From contig CP126123.1 in NCBI GenBank assembly GCA_030123605.1, positions 3,437,237 to 3,501,236 on the forward strand: DNA of 64,000 nucleotides. Reading direction: 5' to 3'. Shown piece by piece: positions 28,720 through 38,200 of this stretch. The notes beneath the pieces are model-generated. The model was not told the origin of the DNA. It ran no database searches and saw only the letters and a program-made list of their open reading frames with translations. Every line of letters starts with the position of its first letter. Position 1 is the first letter of the stretch. This DNA comes from Nitrospira sp. GTDB lineage: Bacteria > Nitrospirota > Nitrospiria > Nitrospirales > Nitrospiraceae. Both the position numbers and the translations under genes were made by a program.

Positions 28720-28764
28720 ATGGATTGAATGGCGTCTTGAGCAGGGTTTGATCGGGATCGGCAG

Positions 28765-29304
28765 ATGAGTCAGCGAGAGGACAGAATCGCAGGACCCCTT
28801 ACGAGATTTCTGACGGATGACCACCGGCGGCTCGATGGACTGCTGCAAAAGGCAACGGCCCGTGCCGGGCTTGTCGAGCAGGGAGCGTACGCTCAATTTC
28901 GCGCCGGCCTCCTTCGCCACATCGGGATGGAAGAAAAGATCCTTCTGCCTGTGGTCCAGCGGCTGCGTGGCGGAGAGCCGCTTCCCCTCGCCGCCAAGCT
29001 CCGGCTCGACCATGGGGCCCTGGCCTCGTTGCTCATGCCGACGCCGACCGCCGATATCGTGGCGACGATCCGAGATATTCTGGAGGACCACAATGCCCTG
29101 GAGGAGGGGCCGGCCGGCTTGTACGAGATCTGTGACGATCTGGCCGGCTCGGAAGCGGAACCACTCCTGGCCGATCTCCAAGCGGCACCGGAAGTCTCGG
29201 TCATGCCGCACTCCGACAGTCCCGCGGTGATGAATGCCGTGCGTCGAGCACTGGAGAGAGCCGGATATCGCTTGCGCGGCGCCGAAGACGGCGAGAGGAG
29301 ATGA
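28765..29304 (+). CDS. Hemerythrin-like domain protein
   Basis: DHRRLD, RHIGMEEKILLP, DHG, HNALEE His/Glu pattern. Confidence 0.8.
   Translation: MSQREDRIAGPLTRFLTDDHRRLDGLLQKATARAGLVEQGAYAQFRAGLLRHIGMEEKILLPVVQRLRGGEPLPLAAKLRLDHGALASLLMPTPTADIVATIRDILEDHNALEEGPAGLYEICDDLAGSEAEPLLADLQAAPEVSVMPHSDSPAVMNAVRRALERAGYRLRGAEDGERR
29255..29287 (+). repeat. 33-bp direct repeat, left copy (3' end of hemerythrin gene)
   Basis: AGAGAGCCGGATATCGCTTGCGCGGCGCCGAAG is identical to 33346-33378; weaker similarity continues ~20 bp. Confidence 0.92.
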
Positions 29305-29384
29305 GACGGAAGCAGCCGCTCCTTCCTTCAGAGCTCAGCAATCACACGTAACAATAGCCGCTCATCATTCGGTCGAGTCTCCGC

Positions 29385-29421
29385 GGTTTCATGGCGAACC
29401 TTCATGAATAATGTGCGCTAA
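29385..29421. mobile_element. Single MITE end (partial copy D)
   Basis: GAACCTTCATGAATAATGTGCG followed by CTAA; matches the TIR of copies A-C, with no partner end found. Confidence 0.6.
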
Positions 29422-29632
29422 GGCACTCGCATGTTTTTATCACCTTAGGCTAAACGCCTCTCACACTGAGTTCGTGCCGCGATACGAGCGCCACGTACCG
29501 CAGGACGAGGCGGAATCTGATTGTTCAGCCGGTTCTTCTACTTGCGGCTTCCTAAAAAAGTGACGACGTGGCCCCTTAGCGCAGCCACGAATCGTTGAAA
29601 CGTGACCTTCCCCCAGTTTCGTGGACACCTGG

Positions 29633-30496
29633 TTACGCGACTGCCGTCCTCGATTCATACTCGACCGGGGAGTGATAGCCGAGGGTCGAGTGCCGACGCG
29701 TCCGATTGTAGAACACCTCAATGTATTCGAAGATGTCCTGCTTGGCTTCGGCTCGTGTGGCATAGTGCCGATGGTACACGAGCTCGCGCTTCAGTGTCCC
29801 GAAGAAGCTCTCCACGCAGGCGTTGTCCCAGCAATTGCCTTTGCGGCTCATGCTGGCCGTGATACCGTGCGTGGTGAGCAGCTGCTGGTACGGCCCTGCG
29901 GCATACTGACTCCCGCGATCGGAGTGATGCAGGCGTCCAGCTTCGGGCAGCCGAGTGGTGAGCGCCATGCGGAGGGCCTGTTCGGTTAAATCTCCTGTCA
30001 ATCGTGGGCCCATCGCCCAGCCGATGACTGCACGCGAGTACAGATCCAGCAGCACGGCCAGATACAGCCACCCCTCCAGGGTCCAGACGTAGGTGATATC
30101 GCCTGCCCAGACCCGGTTGGGCTGCGACACCGTGAACTGGCGGTCAAGCGTGTTCGCTGCCACGGGCAAGCGGTGCGACGAGTGCGTCGTGGCCCGCCAT
30201 TTCTTCACGGTCTTGGCCCGGAGGCCATCGTGGCGCATCAGCCGGGCCACGCGATGCTCCCCAACCCGGTGGCCCTGTTTGCGGAGAGCCCGCCAGATGC
30301 TCGGACTGCCATAGGTCTGACGACTGTCCTGATGGAGCACTCGAATTGTGACGAGCAGCGTACGATTGGCGGCCGCCCGCCGACTTTCTGGACGTCCTCG
30401 CCACGCGTAATACCCCGCGGGGGAGACCGCCAGCGCTCGGCACATCAGGCGGATCGGATAGCGACGGTCGTGCTCCTGGATCGCGCGGTATCTCAT
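29633..30496 (-). CDS. IS3 transposase OrfB (DDE/rve integrase core)
   Basis: WAGDITY, HHSDRGSQY, DNACVESFF, IFEYIEVFYNRTRRHSTLGY. Confidence 0.95.
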   Translation of the reverse strand: MRYRAIQEHDRRYPIRLMCRALAVSPAGYYAWRGRPESRRAAANRTLLVTIRVLHQDSRQTYGSPSIWRALRKQGHRVGEHRVARLMRHDGLRAKTVKKWRATTHSSHRLPVAANTLDRQFTVSQPNRVWAGDITYVWTLEGWLYLAVLLDLYSRAVIGWAMGPRLTGDLTEQALRMALTTRLPEAGRLHHSDRGSQYAAGPYQQLLTTHGITASMSRKGNCWDNACVESFFGTLKRELVYHRHYATRAEAKQDIFEYIEVFYNRTRRHSTLGYHSPVEYESRTAVA

Positions 30497-30789
30497 TGGG
30501 ACTCCCTCGCGAAGAACGCCGCCGCACGTTTTAAAAAATCCCGCTCCTGCTTCAAGACGGCATTTTCACGCCGCAGCTGGGCCAGTTCCGTCTGCTCGGC
30601 CTGTAGAGATTGCCGGGGCTGTCCACGCTCCTCTGCCTGCTGCTGCTCCGCTCGCCACCGGTAGAGGAGATGATCGGCAATCCCCAGATCCCGCGCCACC
30701 TGTGTAACGGGATGCCCAGACTCCCGTACCAAACGCACCGCTTCTTCTTTGAACACCGCCGTATACGACCGTCGTGTCTTCGTGCTCAT
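30493..30789 (-). CDS. IS3 transposase OrfA (HTH)
   Basis: RRSYTAVFKEEAV...VARDLGI HTH; ERDFLKRAAAFFA end containing an in-frame T TTA AAA slippery heptamer. Confidence 0.93.
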   Translation of the reverse strand: MSTKTRRSYTAVFKEEAVRLVRESGHPVTQVARDLGIADHLLYRWRAEQQQAEERGQPRQSLQAEQTELAQLRRENAVLKQERDFLKRAAAFFARESQ

Positions 30790-31541
30790 GCTGTCCTCCG
30801 ATTTCCTCATTCTCCCACTTATGGAAGTGTCTGTGAAATCGGGGGAAGATCAACGTGAGATCATCGGCAGGTTGCAAGATTCTTGTCCTCGGTGAATTTG
30901 TCGCCATCATGAAACAGGCCGAAGTATACAGCCGCTCTAACACCAAACGACGACAGAGCAGCTCATACCGCTTGCTATAGGAGACGCCTGCATATCGTCG
31001 GAGGCTTTTCGTATCTTTGAGGGAAGCTTCGCCGCGGAACTCCGGATCAACTTGGAAATACGGTTCTTTGTTTGAGACAGGCGTGTGTGCGTTATTGCGA
31101 TCTTCCAACAGGAACAAGTACCCAAGAAAAGGAGCAGGGGACAGACCAAATCGGCTTTCTCGAAATGCAGTCCAGATATCCTTGGCACTGCCGACTGCTT
31201 CCTCCGCGCGGTTGTTTACATTGTTGCCGATCGATTTGCCGGCTTGGGACTTGAACTCCATCGCGAGGACCAAAGTGCCGTTAGATACCACTATCAAATC
31301 CCATTTTTTTGTGGCTCTGAAATAGCCGGGGAGCTCGAGCGCGGTCCTCGTACGCACATCCAATTTCTTTAAACCCGCCTCACAGAGGATGTCCGACACT
31401 AACACCTCAAGCGCACCCATTTGAGTGCCTCCTGTCACTTCGCCACGCGTGCCTGCATCGATTTTCCCAGATTGGACCTGCTTGGCTTTGTTTTTTCTCC
31501 GAGCGTCCCAATAACTTTGGACAGCGATCCGCAACCTCTTG

Positions 31542-33260
31542 TCAATGTCCAAGCGCTGCCTCCATCAGAGGCGAGTCAATCCCATACAACGTAAAAGCTA
31601 CGTGCGTTGCCTGTTGTCTGTCACGATGGCGGAAGGCGTCTCGCAGTTCCCGAGATTGTTTTTCCGAGAGACTCTTTGGCTCAGGCACTCGAATCCGGCG
31701 CAGGTACTGAGCTTGGAAACGCAGGTAGCCTCCCCGCATGCGGACCCCGTACGACTCGACAAAAAATTGAGCGACGGACGACATCAGTAATCCGCCAAGC
31801 ACTTCGAGATCCCAGTCATCCGACTGGACAACATACAGATTGTGGTGCGGGTATGTATCGCCTCGATCCAAGACCGGCTCTAGGATATTCCTGATATCCG
31901 GGATATAGAGTTTGGGTTTGTTGATGAGCGCATAGTTGACACGATCGATAGTTTTGTACCAACCGGTCGCATTCTTCTCGGCCGTATGACGTTTTCTGAG
32001 GGAAGTAGCATGGTGCTCATAATAGGCTTTCAGTTTGAGATAGTCGTTCAGATCGACAAGTCCGTCGTGGTTCCACGGATTCACAAGGTAGTGGCCTGAC
32101 CAGTCGAGTATTCCGCCTGCCACATCCTTCACAAGTGCCAGCTTGAGAAGGCGAGAAGGCTCCACAAGCTCTGCATCGGTCGTGATGTAGACGCTATCGT
32201 TCCCTGTGGCAACGCCTATGCCGACTTTGGCAGTCATCTCTAGCAATGGAAACTCTTCTTCAAGCTGCCGGAGAAGCGCCAATTGCTCGGGTGAATGACA
32301 GGGCCAAGGGTCTGCGCCTTTGAACCACGTGTTTATCACTGCTACATGGATTCCTTCCAGCGAAGTGGGCCTTGTATCAGAACCTTTCCCGAGGAGCCGC
32401 GTTGCCAGTCGTGTCGGCTGGACCTTTTCAGCTGCGGGATCTGCCCTAGCCACGACGGCAGATCTCTGTTTCATGTGTCGAATGACAGTAATTGCGGGAT
32501 AGGCATCCACTTCGTGTTCAAAAGCATTCACGTTATGCATGCTTAGGAGGACTTCAACGCTATACGCCGAGGTAATAAGTTGCCGCAGCTCGGCCCCGTA
32601 GTGATTACGCATCCAACGATCGGCGCAGATGAAGGTGCAAACCCCCCCGGTTTTAAGTTGGCGAAGTGCGGCTTCAAAAAAAGCCACATAAAGATCAGCT
32701 CGGCCGCGCATTGTCGGATATGCTTTGCGGTAAACCGAGACGGTCTCTTCCGGAATATCTTCCAGCCGCACATACGGAGGATTTCCGATTATGAAATCCG
32801 CCGCTCTGCAGTCGGTCTCGAAAAGGTAATCCCTCGATACGACCCATGTTTGGGCCAATCGTTCTGCGAGGGTTGGACTCACCCCTCGTTCTTCGAGGGT
32901 TCTCTGAGCAAGGGCCCTGGTACGGACAGCGCTGTTGTCATCCAACTCGTATGCGATGAGGGATCGTTCACACTCAGATAACGGCCGACCGAGCTTCCGG
33001 CAGGAAGCCAGGAGACGTTCGATCATAGGCCCGAGAAATGCGCCGTCACCTGCGGCCGGTTCAACCGCCAGGGCATCCACCAGGTTCTGCTCATGGGAAT
33101 AGCCGCTCAAATCGAGAAGAAGTTCCACGACCCAACGTTTTGTATAAACGGCCCCCTTCTGCTCGATTCTTTCTGCAGGAGATGGGAGGTTGCAGGGTGC
33201 CAGGATTTGAAGCTGAATGCCTTGTGTCGCAATCGATGGGGTGATCTGGCCTTTTGTCAC
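31542..33260 (-). CDS. N6-adenine DNA methyltransferase, gamma class (M.PaeR7I/M.XhoI/Eco57I-like)
   Basis: GAVYTKRWVV, EPAAGDGAFL (motif I), IGNPPYVR (motif IV), PHHNLY, MRGGYLRFQAQYLRRIR; overlaps the REase start. Confidence 0.93.
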   Translation of the reverse strand: MTKGQITPSIATQGIQLQILAPCNLPSPAERIEQKGAVYTKRWVVELLLDLSGYSHEQNLVDALAVEPAAGDGAFLGPMIERLLASCRKLGRPLSECERSLIAYELDDNSAVRTRALAQRTLEERGVSPTLAERLAQTWVVSRDYLFETDCRAADFIIGNPPYVRLEDIPEETVSVYRKAYPTMRGRADLYVAFFEAALRQLKTGGVCTFICADRWMRNHYGAELRQLITSAYSVEVLLSMHNVNAFEHEVDAYPAITVIRHMKQRSAVVARADPAAEKVQPTRLATRLLGKGSDTRPTSLEGIHVAVINTWFKGADPWPCHSPEQLALLRQLEEEFPLLEMTAKVGIGVATGNDSVYITTDAELVEPSRLLKLALVKDVAGGILDWSGHYLVNPWNHDGLVDLNDYLKLKAYYEHHATSLRKRHTAEKNATGWYKTIDRVNYALINKPKLYIPDIRNILEPVLDRGDTYPHHNLYVVQSDDWDLEVLGGLLMSSVAQFFVESYGVRMRGGYLRFQAQYLRRIRVPEPKSLSEKQSRELRDAFRHRDRQQATHVAFTLYGIDSPLMEAALGH

Positions 33261-33345
33261 TGTGGCCTCGAATCCTTTGATAACCTTTCTGAAAAGTCGC
33301 GGCTGATACTAGCTTGTCCGGTGCCTTCGTTCAAGACGGATGGCT

Positions 33346-33378
33346 AGAGAGCCGGATATCGCTTGCGCGGCGCCGAAG
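33346..33378 (+). repeat. 33-bp direct repeat, right copy (displaced hemerythrin 3' end)
   Basis: Identical to 29255-29287. Confidence 0.92.
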
Positions 33379-33639
33379 GTGCGAGACGAGATGAGGCGGG
33401 GGCAGAGGGGCAGACAGGAGAATGAAGGATTTCTTGGACGTGCGCAATTTCCGTCGCGCCTCGTCTGGACCTTGTGCCTTCTCGCGAGTCAGTCAGGTGA
33501 TGTCGATCCGTCGGTGTATCCGGACAATCCGGTTTCGATAGGTATCTTCTCGGATACAGTCACGTATCCCGTCGGATACAGGTTCTATCCCTCCCAAAAC
33601 AGTTCAGCGTGAGGAACCACCGATGAACGCATCGCGTTC

Positions 33640-33876
33640 ATGCGCACCAAGGCAATGCCCACGCCGCACATACAATGGCCGGATAAAAATATCTCTAACG
33701 GAACGAGCCTTGCATCTTCACCCTCATGGATTCGCATCGGGCTTATTCCTGAAGCGGCTACGACACCGCATCGCGTCCGGCGCGATTCGGAATCGGTCGA
33801 TCTCGTCGCCGAGCAAAACAAGATCCGCGATTCTGCAGGCGCTCGTGTCGAGCGCCTCAACCCCATGGAGGAGTGA
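33640..33876 (+). CDS. Small hypothetical protein upstream of serine protease
   Basis: GAGG RBS nearby; stop 3 nt before the protease ATG; no recognisable motif. Confidence 0.3.
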   Translation: MRTKAMPTPHIQWPDKNISNGTSLASSPSWIRIGLIPEAATTPHRVRRDSESVDLVAEQNKIRDSAGARVERLNPMEE

Positions 33877-33879
33877 CCC

Positions 33880-34977
33880 ATGCCTAGTACGGACAGACCG
33901 TTATTGGTCGAAGAGTGGTCGAAACACCTTAAATCTCAAAAGGCTCAGCGTGCAGCCAAAAGTTTTGAGGTGGTGCTTGCCAGCATTGAGGTGGATGCGG
34001 CGCTGGCCCGCTCGGTGAAGATGCGCCGCACGAAAGGGCGCGTGGAACTGGTGGGCAAAGGCAATACCTTTGGGACCCGCCTCTTTCCGCCCGCGGTGAA
34101 GTCCGTCAGTCTGGCCCGTACCAAACGGGTCGAGTTCCAGGAACCGATCGGACTGCGCCCCACGCATCTCGACTTTCGAGCGCTTCCGAATGAACTTCCT
34201 AAAGCCCTTCGTCAGCTCAACCGCATCCGCCGGTACGATTTGGAACTGGGGGAAGACATGGGGTTGCCAAGCAATGTCTTTTCGCCGGATGACCGTTACA
34301 CGTTTGCCGATACGGCGTTTCCTTGGAGCACCTGTGGGCGCGTCGATACGGCCGCCGGCTACGGTTCCGGCGTCATGATCGGACCACGCCATCTGTTGAC
34401 GGCCAGCCATGTCGTGAACTGGGGGCCGAACAATACCGCCGGTTGGTTGAAGTTCACCCCGCTGTTCTTTGACGGCAACGAACCGTTCGGCCATACGTTC
34501 GCCAACATGATTTACTCGTGGAACAAGGCGGATGGCTCAGACGGCATCAATGCCGATGAGTGCGCATTCGACTACGTGGTGTGCGTGTTGGACATGCGCA
34601 TGGGTGATGTCACGGGCTGGATGGGGTCCCGGGGCTATTCCACCGCCTGGGACGGTGGAAACTACTGGGGGCATGTCGGCTATCCCAGCGACCTTGCCAA
34701 TGGCTCGCGTCCGGCCTTCGTCGGCTATCAGGCGATGGATTCCACGTTCACCCGCACGATCGGCGGGCGCGATTCGTTCGGGATCAAGCACCGGATCGAT
34801 GTCATTCCCGGCCAGTCCGGCGGGCCGTACTTTGGCTGGTGGGACAATGAACCTTGGCCGCGTGTCGTCTCCACGCAGAGCGCCCATCAGTGGGGTGGAA
34901 GCACTGGTCCGAATACCAGCGGCGGCGGCAATCCGCTTCCAGAGCTGATCAACCATGCCAGGACCGTTTCGCCATAG
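33880..34977 (+). CDS. Trypsin-like serine protease (S1B/glutamyl-endopeptidase-like)
   Basis: GSGVMIGPRHLLTASHV (His), FDY (Asp), GQSGGP (Ser); GGAGGAG RBS. Confidence 0.88.
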   Translation: MPSTDRPLLVEEWSKHLKSQKAQRAAKSFEVVLASIEVDAALARSVKMRRTKGRVELVGKGNTFGTRLFPPAVKSVSLARTKRVEFQEPIGLRPTHLDFRALPNELPKALRQLNRIRRYDLELGEDMGLPSNVFSPDDRYTFADTAFPWSTCGRVDTAAGYGSGVMIGPRHLLTASHVVNWGPNNTAGWLKFTPLFFDGNEPFGHTFANMIYSWNKADGSDGINADECAFDYVVCVLDMRMGDVTGWMGSRGYSTAWDGGNYWGHVGYPSDLANGSRPAFVGYQAMDSTFTRTIGGRDSFGIKHRIDVIPGQSGGPYFGWWDNEPWPRVVSTQSAHQWGGSTGPNTSGGGNPLPELINHARTVSP

Positions 34978-35249
34978 GAGGGTGTTCAAGGTTTCACCGC
35001 ATGGAGCGAAGGGCTGATTTCCGGCATGGACCATACTCACTCTCGTCCGTATCCTACTGAGCCCTTCCTTGTTGGTCTGATATCTGGCTCTCGATAAATA
35101 CGTGTATTTGCCTGAGTGTTCAGGTTGACAGTAATAGTCGGTAGACATAGGATCTCGCCCACCGGATCTTGTGGCAGCGCGCATGGCTGTCGTCAATGGA
35201 GGCCTGTACGTACCCTTGGCCATGAATCCTGATCGTGCAGGAGGGGGCA

Positions 35250-38200
35250 ATGTATTGGAATAGGTTGAACCCGCAACATGATTCCGAGGTCTCGCTTCTT
35301 GACCGAGAGAACCCTGACTTCCAGAGCATAATCAAACATCTCGATGAGCAGTACAGGCTCGGGCTTGAGGCTGAATTGCGGAAATACGCACTGGGCCATG
35401 AGAAGGCACCTATTCGCTCCATAAAAAGGAAGTCGTTAAGGTTCTATAAACAATTTTCGGACCGCACGCCGCCCGATGGACAAAGCCTTCACGACAGCAA
35501 CTCTTCCGAGTCGAAAGGTGCCGATCAAGCTAAACCGCCGGAGTTGTTTGAGGTCGAGCTCGATCTCAGCGCGATCGACGAACGATATGGCGACAAGTCC
35601 CTGACGAACTACGAATGGACGCGGGTGTATCTGGTCAGGGTTGGTAAAGAGAAGATTAAGGACAAGGCCGACGACGAGTCCGAACAGTCTACGGACGGTT
35701 ATGAGTGGTATCTGCTAAATGGAGAGAGCGGTGTTCTGCATGCTTTGAACGCAAAATTCGGTGGAATCAATATTGATAACTCTTCATGCGCAAGTGAGTA
35801 TCTCGATTTCTTCTGTTCGTTCCTGTGCTCGGAAGAGGGAGTGTTCGCTCTCATTCAACAGGAAGCGGATCTGACGGAACTTGAAGATCACGGTGAGCGA
35901 TTCAAAGAGGAACTTTATAAACGTCGTGGACACGCAATATTTGCTCAAAAGCAGACGTACATCCGGCAGCCATGGGGCGAAGTAGAGGCGGAGCTCAAAG
36001 AAAAGCTCCAAAAACTGAATGGGCCGCAGCCCAATTTGTCAGGCCAAGGTGCTAGCGGTGAGGGTGGGGATTTAGCTGCGACGGATTCTCAAACTGAGAA
36101 GAAGAAGGAATGGTACGGGTTGGTCTTGTACGACAAGGAGGTTCGGGAAGCTCGTTTTGAACTGACTGAATCCGGGGTCGTCACGATGGTGGGGGATCAG
36201 AAGGTCCAGTCTGGTCTGCCAGTTAGGCGCCACACGACAGTGCGCCACAAAAGATCCGGTATCATTCGGTTTGCCAAGAGCGCTTCCAGGAAGCTCATCT
36301 CCGCGGCTGAGTTTAAGGAGTACGTATTGAAGGCAACGGGAGTTGCGAGGTTTTACAATGTGTTGATAGAAGAAAATTTGAGATTTGATCCGACCGATAG
36401 AGTAGGTGCACTTGAATGCTTGGATGTGCACTTTTTAGGTGAGGTGACTTTCGACCACTGCCATGTGTCGGCGGTGTTTCGATTCGAAGATTGCAAGTTC
36501 CTCGGTGGTTTCCGTGCTCCCGGCACAACCTTCACTTCCCAAGTCTCCTTCGAGAAGTCTGAGACTTTTTTTCTTTCTGAGATGTGGCTGGCGCAGCCAC
36601 CTACGCAGAGGCAAGGGGGAGACTATCCGGTAGCACTGAACTTGAACTATGCCAGGGTCAATGGAAGCCTCGGTTTGGAACGACTCACTGTCCATGGGTC
36701 GGTGAGTTGTCGCCATCTCACCGTCAAATCGGATGCCAATTTTAGAGGGCTCCAAGTGGTTCCACTTGTGGATGGAAACCAGGAAGATCCGCAAGGAGGG
36801 AAAGAGAAGTCCAACAAGCCCAAACTACCCTTCAAAGCTGCCCCTGGCAATGGTCCGGTGTTGTTGGATCTTCAGCGCAGTTCGTTCGCTGGATCCCTCA
36901 ATCTCGGGATCTCCGTGGAGAAGGAGGTGGGGCTGAAGAAGGGCAAGGTCTTGCGGCGAACCCGCGTGACCGTGTGTGGTGACTGCCGGTTCGATACTAT
37001 GTCCGTTGGTAAGTCTCTCATCATCGAGGGGCTGGCGGTTGTGAAGCCGAACAACGAGGTTGACCTTAAGGACTATCGATATGGGGCTTTGGATTGGCCT
37101 CTTTCGCTTTCCATGTCCAACGTGATGGTCAAGGGAAACATTCAATCATGGGAGTACGATTCGTGGGATGTAACCGGTCAAACGATCCTCCCTCCTCTCG
37201 TCGTCGATGGAACCATTGATCTGAAGTGGTCCAAGATAGGCGGTTACGTCGATCTCAGGATGTCGCAGGTGAGAGAAAATCTCGATTGCATCGGTGTATG
37301 TGCTGCCTGGCTTACATTGCAGCCTTCTCGACTCAATGACGTTTCATCGAACGATGACGAGCGCCGGAAGGCAGGCGAAAGAGATTGGGTGCAGTATTCG
37401 GTATTGGATCCAGTCTCCTTATCCCCACCAGTCGGGAATGCACCATCTAAATGGATGGAAGCCTTCACATGGCGGATGTCATCCATTGGGGGCGATCTAA
37501 AATTGGGTAATGCGATCATTCCTGGCGGAGTGACGTTGACGGGTACGACGGTTAAGGGAACGGTTGACGTACGTCTTGGCGCTCAACTAGGCCAGATCAA
37601 GGCCATGCCGGCGTTTGGCATCGATACTGAATTTGAAACAAAAAAACGTACGGTGGTCAAGCAAAGCGCCTTCCTAGGCGGCCTTTCAATCCGGGATAGC
37701 ACCATCGCAGGACCTGTCTATCTGTGGGGTGCTCGAGTCGGAAAAGAAAATGCGGGCAATCAAAATGCAGCGCCTAGACCGGTGATTGATATCGCCACCT
37801 CGAACCTCAAGGGCGGATTGTATCTGCATGTGCGGTCCAGTTGGGAAGGGCAGCAGATTGTCTTGGACTCATTCGCCGATGGTAAGCATTGGCGTGATGA
37901 CGAGAAGGCCAGCACCGATTGGGTGGGCCATCAGGGACACCAAGTGTCCACTAATAAGGATAATTTTGAGCATGGAGCCGACGCCTATTTCTGGAAAACC
38001 GTCTCAGACATATTTCACACGACCGTGAATGGCAATGTGGACGTATTGGCTTCCGACATCGGAACTGACTTGGATTTGACGAACACAAAGGTGATGGGAC
38101 GAGTCCGCCTGAACGATTCCCATGTTAAATGCGATGTCAGAGCGGTGGCCTGCTTGCAGGAGTTGGATGTCAAAGAGAAAGCACCTCCCCAGTCTGAGCG

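Larger units (their letters stand above)
29603..30852 (-). mobile_element. IS3-family insertion sequence, 1250 bp
   Basis: TG...CA ends with imperfect IRs TGACCTTCCCCCAGTTTCGTGGACAC / TGATCTTCCCCCGATTTCACAGACAC; 3-bp target duplication ACG (29600-02, 30853-55); orfA and orfB present. Confidence 0.95.
29538..31552 (-). pseudogene. PaeR7I/XhoI-like type II restriction endonuclease interrupted by IS3
   Basis: QVQSGKIDAGTRGEVTGGTQM, FRATKKWDLIV, EFKSQAG, NNVNNRAEEAVG, YSKRYELLCRRLVLERLY. Removing the IS and one ACG restores ...DDLTFQRFVAALRGHVVTFLGSRK* (stop 29540-29538). Confidence 0.88.

Noticed and set aside
30566-30852. C-terminal ~95 aa of the 328-aa ORF 30566..31552
   Set aside because: Read-through into the IS3 end, not part of the native endonuclease.
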